64,000 nt of DNA, taken from Patescibacteria group bacterium (GTDB lineage: Bacteria > Patescibacteriota > Minisyncoccia > Phycocordibacterales > UBA9973). This document shows positions 18,854 to 29,411 of the stretch, in pieces. Position 1 is the first letter of the stretch. Every line of letters begins with the position of its first letter. The DNA is taken from the NCBI GenBank assembly GCA_040388095.1, contig JAZKCM010000001.1, forward strand, positions 125,820 to 189,819, in the 5' to 3' direction. The translations under genes and the position numbers were made by a program. The notes beneath the pieces are model-generated. The model did not search any database. It saw nothing but the letters and a program-made list of their open reading frames with translations, and was not told where the DNA came from.

Positions 18854-21109
18854 ATGAAACTATTAATAGTGGAATCACCAAGCAAAGCAAAGACGATTGA
18901 GAAATATCTCGACGGCGCTTTTACTGTGCGCGCATCTGTCGGACATGTGCGTGATTTACCGAAATCAAATAAAAAAGCTATAGACATTCCTGGTGGATTT
19001 ATTCCTCATTATGAAATCTCAAAAGGTAAAGAAAAAGTCATCAGTGAGCTTCGAGGACTTGCAGAAAAAGCGACAGAAATAATGCTTGCTACTGACCCCG
19101 ACCGCGAAGGAGAAGCTATTTCTTGGCATTTGAAAGAAATTTTAGATGACGACAAGAAAGTGAAAGCTCCTATTAAAAGAGTGACCTTTAACGAAATCAC
19201 AAAAGAAGCAGTCGAAATAGCACTCAAAGCTCCTCGAGACATTGATGCGAAAATGGTCAAAGCTCAAGAAGCACGCCGTGTACTCGACCGCCTCGTCGGC
19301 TATGATCTCTCTGGTATCATTTGGAAAAAAGTCCGTTACGGCCTTTCAGCAGGACGAGTACAATCCCCTGCGCTTCGCATCATTATGGAACGCGAAAGAG
19401 AAATCCGTGCGTTCGTCCCAGAAAAATATTGGGTGCTCGAAGGACTTTTTAAAACAGAAAAGAAAGAAGAATTGAAACTCACTTGCAATGAAGAACCTCG
19501 TGATGAGAAAGTCGTAGAAAATATTTTAGAGATAGGCAAAAAAGGAAATTGGATCGTCTCCGATGTGAAAGAAAGTGAACAGAAAAGAGTTCCTCGTGCG
19601 CCATTTACAACTTCATCACTTCAACAAACTGCATCGACTCGCCTCGGATTTTCTCCTTCACGCACGATGCAAGTCGCACAGAAGCTCTACGAAGCCGGAC
19701 ATATCACATATATGCGTACTGACTCGACCAATCTTTCAAAAGTTGCTCAAGATTCCATCCTCGCACTCGTAGAAAAAAAATACGGAAAAGAATATGCTGA
19801 GGCGCACATCTATAAAGCGAAAAGTAAAAATGCTCAGGAAGCCCACGAAGCTATCCGCCCAACTCACGTCGAAAATCTTTCTGCTGGAATGAATGAGGAA
19901 CAGAGTAGACTTTATAAATTGATTTGGGAGCGTGCTGTTTCTTCGCAGATGACTGATGCGAAATTGCTCAAGACAAAAGTTTCAGCGCAAGTCGAAGGTC
20001 ACGATGAAATTCCAGAATTTTCTGCAAACGGTTCACGAGTACTTTTCCCTGGCTGGCTTAAGGTGGACGCTGATGCACGAGGCGAAGATGTCGAACTTCC
20101 AGAAGTAAAAAAAGGAGAGAAATTAAATTTGATCGACCTCGTCAGTATCGGAAAAGAAACACAACCGCCAGGCAGATACAGTGAAGCAGGACTCGTCAAA
20201 GAACTCGAAGCACGCGACATCGGCCGACCTTCGACCTACGCTTCTATTATGCGCACACTCGAAGACCGTGAATACGTCCGCAAAGAAGGCAGGACGCTCT
20301 TCCCTACAGACACTGGCGAAGTCGTCTCTGATTTCTTGGAAACTAATTTTGCAGAATATATTTCAGACACATTCACTGCAGATATAGAAGATCAGCTCGA
20401 CGCCATCTCTCGAGGAGAACGAGAATATTTGAAAACTCTGAAAGATTTCTATGGTCCATTCCTTAAAGACGTCAAAGAAAAAGACAAACTTGCGAAAGCG
20501 ACAAATATGGGCGAAGCGCCTGACGATATGAAATGCCCAGTTTGCGGAAGTAGTATGATTATCAAGCTTGCTCGCAATGGAAAATTTTATTCTTGCAGTA
20601 GATTTCCTGAATGCAAAGGTGCACGAACACTTGAAGGCTTGGAACTTGAAGGACCGAAAGACTTGGGCCGTCCTTGTCCAAAATGCGGAACACCAGTCGA
20701 AGATTCTGGACTTGATAAAAATGGAAAGAAGAAAAGAAAGAGTACAAAAGTTCCTGAGCTCGGGCACCTCGTCCTAAGACAAGGGAAATTTGGTGCATTC
20801 GTTTCTTGCTCTCGCTATCCGAAATGTAAATATATAGAAGAAGACGAAGAAGAGAAGAAAAAGAAAATGTCTGGTGTCGCCTGCCCTGTTTGTAAAAAAG
20901 GAGAAATGATGGAACGCCGAGGAAGATTTGGAATTTTCTATTCTTGTTCAAATTACCCTGATTGTAAAAACGCTATCAAAGCAAAACCAACAGGCCGTAT
21001 CTGCGACCTTTGCGGATCTCTTATGATGGAAGGCACAAAAACTATCCCTGAACGCTGTTCACTTAAAACTTGCCCGAATCATAATCCGCATAAGTTGGAA
21101 AAGAAATAA
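18854..21109 (+). CDS. topA: DNA topoisomerase I
   Basis: Toprim domain LLIVESPSKAKTIEKYL, active-site region ITYMRTDS, and four C-terminal C4 zinc-ribbon repeats (for example CPVCGS...CSRFPECK). ATG at 18854; the ORF-track start is a TTG at 18845. Confidence 0.95.
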   Translation: MKLLIVESPSKAKTIEKYLDGAFTVRASVGHVRDLPKSNKKAIDIPGGFIPHYEISKGKEKVISELRGLAEKATEIMLATDPDREGEAISWHLKEILDDDKKVKAPIKRVTFNEITKEAVEIALKAPRDIDAKMVKAQEARRVLDRLVGYDLSGIIWKKVRYGLSAGRVQSPALRIIMEREREIRAFVPEKYWVLEGLFKTEKKEELKLTCNEEPRDEKVVENILEIGKKGNWIVSDVKESEQKRVPRAPFTTSSLQQTASTRLGFSPSRTMQVAQKLYEAGHITYMRTDSTNLSKVAQDSILALVEKKYGKEYAEAHIYKAKSKNAQEAHEAIRPTHVENLSAGMNEEQSRLYKLIWERAVSSQMTDAKLLKTKVSAQVEGHDEIPEFSANGSRVLFPGWLKVDADARGEDVELPEVKKGEKLNLIDLVSIGKETQPPGRYSEAGLVKELEARDIGRPSTYASIMRTLEDREYVRKEGRTLFPTDTGEVVSDFLETNFAEYISDTFTADIEDQLDAISRGEREYLKTLKDFYGPFLKDVKEKDKLAKATNMGEAPDDMKCPVCGSSMIIKLARNGKFYSCSRFPECKGARTLEGLELEGPKDLGRPCPKCGTPVEDSGLDKNGKKKRKSTKVPELGHLVLRQGKFGAFVSCSRYPKCKYIEEDEEEKKKKMSGVACPVCKKGEMMERRGRFGIFYSCSNYPDCKNAIKAKPTGRICDLCGSLMMEGTKTIPERCSLKTCPNHNPHKLEKK

Positions 21110-21137
21110 AAAAAACTGAGCAATGCTCAGTTTTTTG
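21110..21137 (+). terminator. Intrinsic terminator after topA
   Basis: CTGAGC-AAT-GCTCAG hairpin followed by TTTTTTG. Confidence 0.75.
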
Positions 21138-21138
21138 T

Positions 21139-21351
21139 TTAGTATGATTTATAATCAATTCGCTTTTCTCCAAAAACAGTCTCGTACAAAAGCTCTTCTA
21201 TTTTAGAAACTAAACGTTCTGCTTTCTTATACTTTTTTTCTCGCAAAATATTTTTCTCAGTGTTTGCCGAAATATTTAATAAGAAAAAATGGCAATCTCG
21301 AATTATTTTTGCTTTTCGATATGCTTTTCTAATTGAAGTTAACATGTCCAT
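21139..21351 (-). CDS. Hypothetical small protein (70 aa)
   Basis: ORF-track ORF in an otherwise empty gap. Basic and helical-looking. No family. Confidence 0.35.
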   Translation of the reverse strand: MDMLTSIRKAYRKAKIIRDCHFFLLNISANTEKNILREKKYKKAERLVSKIEELLYETVFGEKRIDYKSY

Positions 21352-21459
21352 CTCTTATAAAAATTAAATTGTGAATACTACTATTTTTCCTTACATTACA
21401 ACAAAAAGTTACTTTTAGCAAATAATTCACTTTCAATAAATAAATGCTATACTTTTTCT

Positions 21460-22929
21460 ATGCCTACAAATGTACAAGAGATATTTGACCTCGCTGGAGA
21501 ATTAAAAGCTGGAGAAAAAGAGCTTATTGAAAATGCATACCATTTTGCCGAAAAAGCTCACGAAGGACAAAAGCGTCATAGTGGTGAACCATATTTTGTC
21601 CACGTTGTTGAAACAGCAAAAATATTGGCAATGCTTGGTATCGACGCAAAGACTATTGCTGCTGGCCTTATGCACGATGTCTTGGAAGATACAGAAATAA
21701 AAGAAAGTGAAATGGAAGAGAAATTTGGTAAAGATATTGTCTTCCTCGTAAACGGCGTTACAAAACTTGGAACATTGAAATATCGCGGACATGAGCGCCA
21801 CGTTGAAAGTCTACGCAAATTTTTTATGGCAATGTCCAACGACCTCCGCGTCGTCATAATCAAGCTCGCCGACAGACTTCACAATCTACGCACACTGCAA
21901 CACGTCCGTGAAGACAAGCGAAGCAGAATTGCCCTTGAATCTATCGATGTCTATGCTCCACTTGCGAACCGTCTCGGTATGGGAAAACTCAAAGGTGAAA
22001 TAGAAGATGCTGCATTTCCCTACGCATATCCAAAAGAATACGCAGAAGTAGAAAATATGATCAAAGAAAAAGAAAAAAGCTTTCAGAAGAATCTGAATGA
22101 GGTTTCTCTTGGATTAGAAAAAGAATTACAGAAAAATAATATAAAAGTTATCGAGATGGATTATCGTCTCAAACACAAATACAGCCTATATAAAAAATTA
22201 CTTAAATATAATATGGACTTGGAAAAGATCAACGATATCGTAGCGCTTCGCGTCGTTGTTGAAAATGTCGAAGACTGTTATCGAGTGCTCGGTATCGTGC
22301 ACAGCATTTGGAAACCTGTTCCAGGCAGAATCAAAGACTACATTGCCTTACCAAAACCAAACGGTTACAGAAGTCTGCATACGACTATTTTTACCGGTTC
22401 TGGAGGAGTCGCTGAAATACAAATACGCACACTCAAAATGCACGCAGAAGCAGCGTACGGTATCGCAGCACACTTTGCATACAAAGAAGATGGCGATAAA
22501 AAAGCACGTGATGATAAAAGTAAATTTGATTGGATAGAACAATTGCAAGATTTAAAAGAAATTGCTGGCAATCCAGAAAAATTCATCGAGCATTTGAAAA
22601 TGGATTTCTTTAATGATCGTATTTTCATCCTCACGCCCGGTGGAGACGTCGTAGACTTACCTGAGAATTCTAGCCCGATAGATTTTGCATATTCAATACA
22701 TTCAGATATCGGTGACCACATCTCAAGTGTAAAAATAAATGGCAAGATGTCTCCCCTTTCTACTATACTTAAAAACAGAGACATCGTAGAAATAATTACA
22801 AAAGAAAATTCACATCCATCAAGCAAATGGCTCGATCATGCAAAGACAACCGTCGCAAAAAAACATATTCGCTCATATATGGAGAAAAATAGCCTCCTTA
22901 ATAAATTGAAATCTTTTGGTAGAAGCTAG
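21460..22929 (+). CDS. Bifunctional RelA/SpoT homolog ((p)ppGpp synthetase/hydrolase), short form
   Basis: HD hydrolase motif HDVLEDT, synthetase region DYIALPKPNGYRSLHT, and a TGS domain (IFILTPGGDVVDLPENSSPIDFAYSIHSDIG). Confidence 0.9.
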   Translation: MPTNVQEIFDLAGELKAGEKELIENAYHFAEKAHEGQKRHSGEPYFVHVVETAKILAMLGIDAKTIAAGLMHDVLEDTEIKESEMEEKFGKDIVFLVNGVTKLGTLKYRGHERHVESLRKFFMAMSNDLRVVIIKLADRLHNLRTLQHVREDKRSRIALESIDVYAPLANRLGMGKLKGEIEDAAFPYAYPKEYAEVENMIKEKEKSFQKNLNEVSLGLEKELQKNNIKVIEMDYRLKHKYSLYKKLLKYNMDLEKINDIVALRVVVENVEDCYRVLGIVHSIWKPVPGRIKDYIALPKPNGYRSLHTTIFTGSGGVAEIQIRTLKMHAEAAYGIAAHFAYKEDGDKKARDDKSKFDWIEQLQDLKEIAGNPEKFIEHLKMDFFNDRIFILTPGGDVVDLPENSSPIDFAYSIHSDIGDHISSVKINGKMSPLSTILKNRDIVEIITKENSHPSSKWLDHAKTTVAKKHIRSYMEKNSLLNKLKSFGRS

Positions 22930-23930
22930 ACACTAAAATTAGAAATATTATAAAGCTCAGCTTCGTCTTTTACTTCATCTTCTTTACTCGTATCATCTAT
23001 TGGTGCAGTAGATTCTGAAACAATTTCATCTGTAGGAATAGATTCTACACTTTCTGTATTCTGTGCGATAAAATTATCCATCATTTCTTCAGGTTTCTTT
23101 TCACCTTGTGCTTTACCGAGCATATCTAAAATACTTCTCAAATCGTCTGCAGAAAAATAATCGATTTTTATTTGCCCGCCAATTTCTTTTTTCTCTATGT
23201 GCACACGTGTACCAAGTTTCTCTTGAAATTCTTCTTCGAGATCAGTGATCTCAGGGTCAGGCATATATTCTTTCTTGCGAACGCGGTCATAAGCAATCTT
23301 GCGGGCGATCTTTTCTGCTTCACGCACAGTGAGCTTCTTATATAAAATCTCCTTAAACAAAACTATCTGCTCTTCTGGCCTGTCTGCAAGCATCAGGATC
23401 GGGCGTGTATGCCCTTCGCTGATTTTTCCTTCTGAAAGTGCATTCAATACTTCTTCTGGTAGTGTGAGGATGCGGAGTGTATTTGAAACGTGCTCGCGAC
23501 TTTTGCCGACTTTGATACCGACTTGTGCGTGAGTAAATTTAAATTCTTCAATCAAACGGAAAAATGCTCGGGCACGATCGACGACATTCAAATCTTCTCT
23601 CTGTAAATTTTCAATAATCGCAAGCTCGAGCTTCATCATCGAACTGTCACCGACGCGGATGATCGTCGGCACTTGTTTTACTCCAGCAAGTTTTGAAGCA
23701 CGAAGACGGCGTTCTCCGGCAATGAGTTCGTATTCAGTCATAAGCCCTCCTTCTTCTTTTTCAACTTCTACACGAGAAACTGTGAGAGGTTGAAGCACGC
23801 CGTATTGGCGGATAGAATCAGCAAGGTCGCGAAGGCGTGCTTCATCGAATTCCCTGCGGGGCTGATATGGATTTGGCTTGATCTTATCGACATCAACCCA
23901 GAAAATTGAATTGGAATATAAGTTGGACAT
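22926..23930 (-). CDS. parB: ParB/Spo0J-family partition protein
   Basis: ParB box GERRLRASKLAG, an HTH region, and an acidic C-terminal tail. No parA in the window. Confidence 0.85.
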   Translation of the reverse strand: MSNLYSNSIFWVDVDKIKPNPYQPRREFDEARLRDLADSIRQYGVLQPLTVSRVEVEKEEGGLMTEYELIAGERRLRASKLAGVKQVPTIIRVGDSSMMKLELAIIENLQREDLNVVDRARAFFRLIEEFKFTHAQVGIKVGKSREHVSNTLRILTLPEEVLNALSEGKISEGHTRPILMLADRPEEQIVLFKEILYKKLTVREAEKIARKIAYDRVRKKEYMPDPEITDLEEEFQEKLGTRVHIEKKEIGGQIKIDYFSADDLRSILDMLGKAQGEKKPEEMMDNFIAQNTESVESIPTDEIVSESTAPIDDTSKEDEVKDEAELYNISNFSV

Positions 23931-24004
23931 GGAGATATTTTAGCACAAAAGCTTTCTTTGCAATAATTGATTTTAAATCATTTTTTGTGTAAAATGTGTG
24001 AATT

Positions 24005-24086
24005 GCCGGAGTGGCGGAATTGGTAGACGCGCACGACTCAAAATCGTGTATCGCAAGGTGTGAGAGTTCGATTCTCTCCTCCGGCA
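24005..24086 (+). tRNA. tRNA-Leu (anticodon CAA)
   Basis: Class II tRNA: acceptor GCCGGAG/CTCCGGC, anticodon arm CACGA-CTCAAAA-TCGTG, long variable arm, T arm GAGAG-TTCGATT-CTCTC. Confidence 0.9.
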
Positions 24087-24095
24087 CAAGTACAT

Positions 24096-24977
24096 ATGGC
24101 TCAAATTAAAATGCAAAAAGTTATTGTCATTTTAGGACAAACAGCTACAGGTAAAAGTGATTTGGCTGTACAGATTGCCAAGCAAGTTGGTGGAGAGATT
24201 ATCTCTGCTGATTCACGGCAAGTATACACAGACCTCGACATCGGCTCTGGTAAAATCACAAAAAAAGAAATGAGTGGTATTCCCCACTATCTTTTAAATG
24301 TAGCCAATCCAAAAAGGAAATTTACTGTCACGCAATATAAAAAACTCGCTGATAAAAAAATAGAAGAAATACTAAAAAGAAATAAAGTACCGATTATTTG
24401 TGGTGGTACAGGTTTTTACATCGACGCTGTCGTGCACAATATGATCCTGCCGGAAGTAAAACCAAATATAAAACTCCGAAAAGAATTAGAAAAAAAATCA
24501 GAAACAGAACTTTTTAAAATACTAAAAAACCTAGATGCAGAGCGAGCAAAAACTATCGATGCGAAAAATAAAGTCCGTCTCGTGCGGGCAATAGAGATAG
24601 CGCAGGCACTTGGCAAAGTGCCTATGCTAAAAAAAGCACCTATAAAATACGAATTCATAAAAATTGGACTTTGTGCGCCGACCGACATACTTTCAAAAAG
24701 AATTGAAAAACGATTACTCTCAAGAATAAAAACAGGAATGCTCCTTGAAGCAAAAAAACTTCACAGAAAAGGAATTTCTTGGAAACGAATGGAAGAGCTA
24801 GGATTAGAATATAGATTTATGGCACTCCATCTGCAAGGTAAAATCACAGAAAAAGAAATGATAGAGAAATTACAAACTGCAATCATCCAATACGCAAAAC
24901 GCCAGATGACATGGTTCAAAAAAGATAATGAAATTAAATGGTACACTCTAGACCAAATAAAAAAGATTAAAATTTAA
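24096..24977 (+). CDS. miaA: tRNA dimethylallyltransferase
   Basis: P-loop GQTATGKS, then SADSRQVY...DIGSGK. Start moved to ATG 24096, because the ORF-track start lies inside tRNA-Leu. Confidence 0.9.
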   Translation: MAQIKMQKVIVILGQTATGKSDLAVQIAKQVGGEIISADSRQVYTDLDIGSGKITKKEMSGIPHYLLNVANPKRKFTVTQYKKLADKKIEEILKRNKVPIICGGTGFYIDAVVHNMILPEVKPNIKLRKELEKKSETELFKILKNLDAERAKTIDAKNKVRLVRAIEIAQALGKVPMLKKAPIKYEFIKIGLCAPTDILSKRIEKRLLSRIKTGMLLEAKKLHRKGISWKRMEELGLEYRFMALHLQGKITEKEMIEKLQTAIIQYAKRQMTWFKKDNEIKWYTLDQIKKIKI

Positions 24978-25570
24978 TTTTTTCTTTTTCGCATTACTTC
25001 TATAATTGCAGGAACAATAGATAAAATAACAACTGTGATCATAATCACTGGCATATAATCCTTTATCCAAGGAAACGTATTACCGAGAAAATATCCAATA
25101 AAAGTTATAATCGTTGACCACAAGAGAGAGCTCAACAAAGAGTATCGTATAAATAATTTATAATCCATCTTCACAATTCCTGCGACGATCGGCATAAAGG
25201 TGCGCACAACAGGAACAAAGCGTGAGAAGATAATTGCGGACTTTCCATACTTTTCAAAAAATACTCGTGCTTTTTGTATATCTTTTTCTCTGAGAATTTT
25301 TCTAAATAGTGAATAGTGAAGAAGTTTTTCAATATGAGTACCGACATAGTAGCCAAACATTCCACCTAGAAATGTGCTAACAAAAATCATCGGTATGAGT
25401 ATAAAAATATTTAATATACCGCTTGAAGCCAGAATCCCAGTAGAGAAAAGCAAGCTATCCCCCGGCAATGCAAAAAATATTCCTGACTCTAGAAAGACAA
25501 CAATAAAAATCCCAAAGTATCCGTAAGTAGAAATGAGATAGGTTATATTGAAAAGATTTGAGAATATCAT
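24974..25570 (-). CDS. DedA-family membrane protein
   Basis: Contains the DedA/SNARE-associated pattern (FFALPGDSLLF...FSRFVPVVRTF). Confidence 0.8.
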   Translation of the reverse strand: MIFSNLFNITYLISTYGYFGIFIVVFLESGIFFALPGDSLLFSTGILASSGILNIFILIPMIFVSTFLGGMFGYYVGTHIEKLLHYSLFRKILREKDIQKARVFFEKYGKSAIIFSRFVPVVRTFMPIVAGIVKMDYKLFIRYSLLSSLLWSTIITFIGYFLGNTFPWIKDYMPVIMITVVILSIVPAIIEVMRKRKN

Positions 25571-25571
25571 T

Positions 25572-25643
25572 GCGGGCGATGAGGGAATCGAACCCCCACC
25601 AAAGGTTTTGGAGACCTTCGTTCTACCACTAAACTAATCGCCC
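25572..25643 (-). tRNA. tRNA-Trp (anticodon CCA)
   Basis: The rc reads GGGCGATTAGTTTAGTGGTAGAACGAAGGTCTCCAAAACCTTTGGTGGGGGTTCGATTCCCTCATCGCCCG. The anticodon loop is CTCCAAA. Confidence 0.9.
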
Positions 25644-25800
25644 ATACCCCGGCATAGCCGGAGTACAAAGACACTGAAATAATAATTCTAGTGTCCCCTA
25701 GGGTTATCCATAACAGACAACCCTTTAAAACAAAGAACACGCAGTATACTTTTTACTGCGAGTCCATTGTAACATAAGAATCAGAAATTGAGAATTACTT

Positions 25801-25965
25801 TTAGCCAGTAATTTTAGCCTCTTTGTGCTTGGTTTTCTTTCTACAAGTTTTACAAAACTTCAAAAGCTCGATCTTTTTTGTGACGAGTTTCTTGTTTTTA
25901 GTACTGTAATAATTGGCGTTTTTGCAAGTACTGCATTTGAGCCTAAAAAGTCTATCGTTTGACAT
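25801..25965 (-). CDS. rpmG: 50S ribosomal protein L33
   Basis: Not in the ORF track (54 aa). Own translation: MSNDRLFRLKCSTCKNANYYSTKNKKLVTKKIELLKFCKTCRKKTKHKEAKITG. It has the CxxC...CxxC zinc ribbon and the YxTxKNK motif of L33. Confidence 0.85.
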   Translation of the reverse strand: MSNDRLFRLKCSTCKNANYYSTKNKKLVTKKIELLKFCKTCRKKTKHKEAKITG

Positions 25966-26010
25966 AAAGCTATCTTAATATAAAAATCCTAGAAAAGCAA
26001 ATAATTAATT

Positions 26011-26096
26011 TGGTGCGTCGGGAAGGATTTGAACCTTCGTAGGCCGAAGCCGACAGATTTACAGTCTGTTGTAATTGACCACTCTACCACCGACGC
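26011..26096 (-). tRNA. tRNA-Tyr (anticodon GUA), with encoded CCA
   Basis: The rc reads GCGTCGGTGGTAGAGTGGTCAATTACAACAGACTGTAAATCTGTCGGCTTCGGCCTACGAAGGTTCAAATCCTTCCCGACGCACCA. It has a long variable arm. It is the only tRNA in the window with a genomic CCA. Confidence 0.9.
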
Positions 26097-26147
26097 ATAC
26101 AAAAAAGATACCATAAAATTATTTTTTATGCATCTTTTTTATAGTTT

Positions 26148-28838
26148 TTAAACCTTTGATCTGAAACCAGATTTCACACTAATAGGGCTCTTTATCTTTG
26201 CCTTTTTTGTCTCTATCAATAGCTCTTTATTTTTTACAGAGACGAATACTGCGTCATCTTTCTTCACACCATTTGAAATAATATATGAGGCAACTTGGTT
26301 TAATATTTTATTCTGTATCAAGCGATTGAGTGGTCGTGCACCAAAATGTGGATCATATCCCTCTTTGGCGAGATATTCGAGAGCTTCTTCGGAAATTTCA
26401 AAACCAATTCCCTTTCCTGCAAGTCTCTCACGCACGACATTGATACGGATATTCACAATCTGTTTTATAGATTCTTTAGAAAGAATATCAAAGGCAATAA
26501 TCTCATCGAGGCGGTTTAAGAATTCAGGACGGAAGTGGTCTTTCAAGCTTCCAAGTAATTTCTCTTTTGTATCAGTATAATCATCAGCTTCGGTCTTATT
26601 GGAAAAACCAATTGATTCCATTTTTTCTATATATTCAGAACCAATGTTTGAAGTAAGGATGATAATCGTATTTTTAAAATTAACAACTCTTCCTTTTCCA
26701 TCAGTAAGTCTACCTTCATCAAGCATTTGGAGAAGCATATTGAATACTTCAGGATGCGCTTTTTCTATTTCATCAAAAAGAATCACGGCATATGGCCTGT
26801 GTCTGATCGCTTCTGTGAGCTGTCCAGATTCTTCATAACCGACATATCCTGGTGGTGAACCGATTAATTTTGAAACAGTGTGTCTTTCCATATATTCAGA
26901 CATATCGACGCGTATGAGTGCTTTGTCGTCATTGAACATAAATTGCGCCAATGCTTTCGTAAGCTCTGTTTTTCCGACTCCAGTAGGACCAAGGAAAATA
27001 AACGAACCTATTGGTCTATTTGGATCTGAAATACCAGCTCGAGAACGGCGTATAACATCAGATACTCGCTTGATAGCTTCATCTTGGCCGATCACTCGCT
27101 TGTGCAATTCACTCTCCATACGAGCAAGTTTTGCGCGCTCTTCTTCGAGCATTTTTGTCAGTGGTATTCCTGTCCAACGAGCGACAACTTCTGCAATATC
27201 TTCTGACGTAATTTCTTCTTTGAGTATTCGACGAGATTTCTGAAGTTTCTTTAAGCGTACAAGTTTATTTTCTAATTCTTTTTTAAGAGTTGGAATTTTT
27301 CCATAACGAATCTCGGCTGCAAGAGAAAGATCAGCACGCATTTCTGCATTTTCTGCTTCTAGGCGCAGAGTTTCCAAATCCTTCTTAATCGTACGAATAT
27401 CCAAAACAGTATTTTTTTCATTTTGCCATTTGAGTTCTATCTCTTTTGTCTTCTCACGAAGATTACTAATGTCAGTATCGATAGCTTTGACACGTGTCTT
27501 TGTATTTTTAATATCAGTAACACTTGCACTCTCAAGTTCTTTTTTTAATGCTTCTTTTTCAATCTCTAGGCGCATTATTTTGCGATGTGCTTCTTCGAGG
27601 ATTGGAGGTTTATTTTCAAGAGCAATTTTTAAAGATGATGAAGCTTCGTCAATGAGATCAATAGCTTTGTCTGGAAGAAATCTATTAGTTATGTACCGTG
27701 TACTCAAATTCACTGCTGAAATAATCGCATCATCTGTAATGCGCACACCATGAAAAAGCTCATATCTCTCCTTGAGCCCACGAAGTACAGCAATAGCATC
27801 TTCGACGCTTGGTTCATCGACATAGACAGGCTGGAAACGCCTTGCAAGCGCAGGATCTTTTTCAATATGCTTTTGATATTCTCGAAGTGTCGTCGCACCA
27901 ACAGCACGAAGTTCACCTCGAGCAAGTGCGGGTTTGAGCATATTTGAAGCATCAACAGTACCTTCTGCTCCACCTGCACCGACGATAGTATGTATTTCAT
28001 CGATAAAGAGAATTATTTTTCCGTCTGATTTTTGTATTTCTTTCATAATACCATTGAGACGTTCTTCAAATTCACCTCGGTATTTTGTCCCAGCGATAAG
28101 CGACCCAAGATCAAGTGAAACAATCTCTTTGTCACGAAGAGATTCAGAGACATCGCCTTTAGCGATTCTATTTGCAAGCCCTTCGACAACAGCAGTCTTT
28201 CCTGTACCAGCCTCACCGATAAGTATCGGATTATTTTTTGTACGACGAGAGAGAATCTGCATAATACGCATAATCTCTGTATCACGCCCGATGACAGGGT
28301 CGAGCTTATCTTCACGCGCAAGTTTCGTGAGGTTTCTTGTATATTTTAAAAGTAATTTATTTTTCTTTGGTGCACTTAACTCAGACATATCTTGTCCTTT
28401 AAATTCTTCAAAAATTTTAACAACTATATCTTTAGCAATATGGAATTTGGAAAGTATTTCTTTTGCTTCACTTTGTACTTCTAAAATAGAAATAAAAAGA
28501 TGCTCAGTAGAAACAAATTCATCTTTCAATGATTTTGCAACCTTAGCAGAATTTTCTAATACTTGTGCAAGGTCTGGAGTTAAATATATTTGATAAGATG
28601 GTGAAAGTGTACTGCGAGATTCTGGTGATTCTATTGATTCTAAAACTATATCTGTCAGAGCTATTGTATCTATTTCAAGACGATCTAAAATCGAAAGAAC
28701 CATACTTTCATCTTGTAAAAGTAGAGCATAGAGCATATGAGAACTCGAAACATGGTTCTGCCCACGTTCAATAGCGAGCTCGTGGGCTTTTTTTATCGCA
28801 TCTTTTGCTTTGGTTGTAAAATGGTGTAGTGGTGGCAT
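26148..28838 (-). CDS. clpB: ATP-dependent chaperone ClpB
   Basis: Clp N domain, two AAA+ modules (GEAGTGKTA and GPTGVGKTE), and a long middle coiled coil. Confidence 0.95.
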   Translation of the reverse strand: MPPLHHFTTKAKDAIKKAHELAIERGQNHVSSSHMLYALLLQDESMVLSILDRLEIDTIALTDIVLESIESPESRSTLSPSYQIYLTPDLAQVLENSAKVAKSLKDEFVSTEHLFISILEVQSEAKEILSKFHIAKDIVVKIFEEFKGQDMSELSAPKKNKLLLKYTRNLTKLAREDKLDPVIGRDTEIMRIMQILSRRTKNNPILIGEAGTGKTAVVEGLANRIAKGDVSESLRDKEIVSLDLGSLIAGTKYRGEFEERLNGIMKEIQKSDGKIILFIDEIHTIVGAGGAEGTVDASNMLKPALARGELRAVGATTLREYQKHIEKDPALARRFQPVYVDEPSVEDAIAVLRGLKERYELFHGVRITDDAIISAVNLSTRYITNRFLPDKAIDLIDEASSSLKIALENKPPILEEAHRKIMRLEIEKEALKKELESASVTDIKNTKTRVKAIDTDISNLREKTKEIELKWQNEKNTVLDIRTIKKDLETLRLEAENAEMRADLSLAAEIRYGKIPTLKKELENKLVRLKKLQKSRRILKEEITSEDIAEVVARWTGIPLTKMLEEERAKLARMESELHKRVIGQDEAIKRVSDVIRRSRAGISDPNRPIGSFIFLGPTGVGKTELTKALAQFMFNDDKALIRVDMSEYMERHTVSKLIGSPPGYVGYEESGQLTEAIRHRPYAVILFDEIEKAHPEVFNMLLQMLDEGRLTDGKGRVVNFKNTIIILTSNIGSEYIEKMESIGFSNKTEADDYTDTKEKLLGSLKDHFRPEFLNRLDEIIAFDILSKESIKQIVNIRINVVRERLAGKGIGFEISEEALEYLAKEGYDPHFGARPLNRLIQNKILNQVASYIISNGVKKDDAVFVSVKNKELLIETKKAKIKSPISVKSGFRSKV

Positions 28839-28892
28839 ATTTTTATAAAACTATAATAAAACATTTATCACTAAAAGTCAATAATCTGACTC

Positions 28893-29408
28893 TTATAGTT
28901 TTGGTGTTTCGGTAGTTGTACCAGACGTAGTCGTGTCTGTATTTGTTGCATCTGTTTTAGTGAGCTCAATGATAGTAAAATCTTTTTCTTGGCTTATTTT
29001 TGAAACTTTTTGTTCACCAAGAACACTCTTCACAACATATACTTCCCCTTCTTTCGGTTCTGCGATAATTGATGCTATGACAACTTTATCATCTCCAAGG
29101 AACAATCCCGTTCCTAAAATTTTATCTTCTTTTTCAGTTTTCAAAAACAAGGAAACGGTTAATGGTTTAATTGCTTTTAACTCTTCAAGGAGTTTTTGTT
29201 GGTCTGCTGAAAGTGGTTGAGTTTTACTTTCTACTGGTACAACTTTCTCAATGGTCTGTTTTACGATTCTATTTATCGGCACTGTGACAGAGCTCGGTGC
29301 TTGTTGCATCAATGTGACAGTAGAAATCCCTGTCGCAATAGATGTGACAAAAGAAATCAATATTGCTAAAAGTATTAATTGTGATTTATTCAAATCTTGT
29401 ATGTCCAT
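28893..29408 (-). CDS. Hypothetical membrane-anchored protein (171 aa)
   Basis: N-terminal TM (LILLAILISFVTSIATGI), a soluble domain, and a Thr-rich tail. Confidence 0.55.
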   Translation of the reverse strand: MDIQDLNKSQLILLAILISFVTSIATGISTVTLMQQAPSSVTVPINRIVKQTIEKVVPVESKTQPLSADQQKLLEELKAIKPLTVSLFLKTEKEDKILGTGLFLGDDKVVIASIIAEPKEGEVYVVKSVLGEQKVSKISQEKDFTIIELTKTDATNTDTTTSGTTTETPKL

Positions 29409-29411
29409 ATT

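Noticed and set aside
23893-24095. 64 aa minus-strand ORF and the 5' extension of miaA (24060)
   Set aside because: Both overlap tRNA-Leu(CAA). The miaA P-loop protein starts at ATG 24096.
25644-25800. SRP (4.5S) RNA or other known RNA in the rpmG-tRNA-Trp spacer
   Set aside because: There are no helix-8-like GGAA/AGCAGC features and no match to any family I can recall. I retained it only as a low-interest structured spacer.
27934-28593. 219 aa plus-strand ORF inside clpB. Similar long antisense ORFs occur at 31624..32334 in infB, 18145..18711 in dprA, 44386..44976 in rpsA, and 52000..52398 and 53341..53793 in the FN3 gene.
   Set aside because: These are shadow ORFs opposite strongly supported conserved genes. 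They are Ser/Phe/Ile-rich and low in complexity, with no independent signals.
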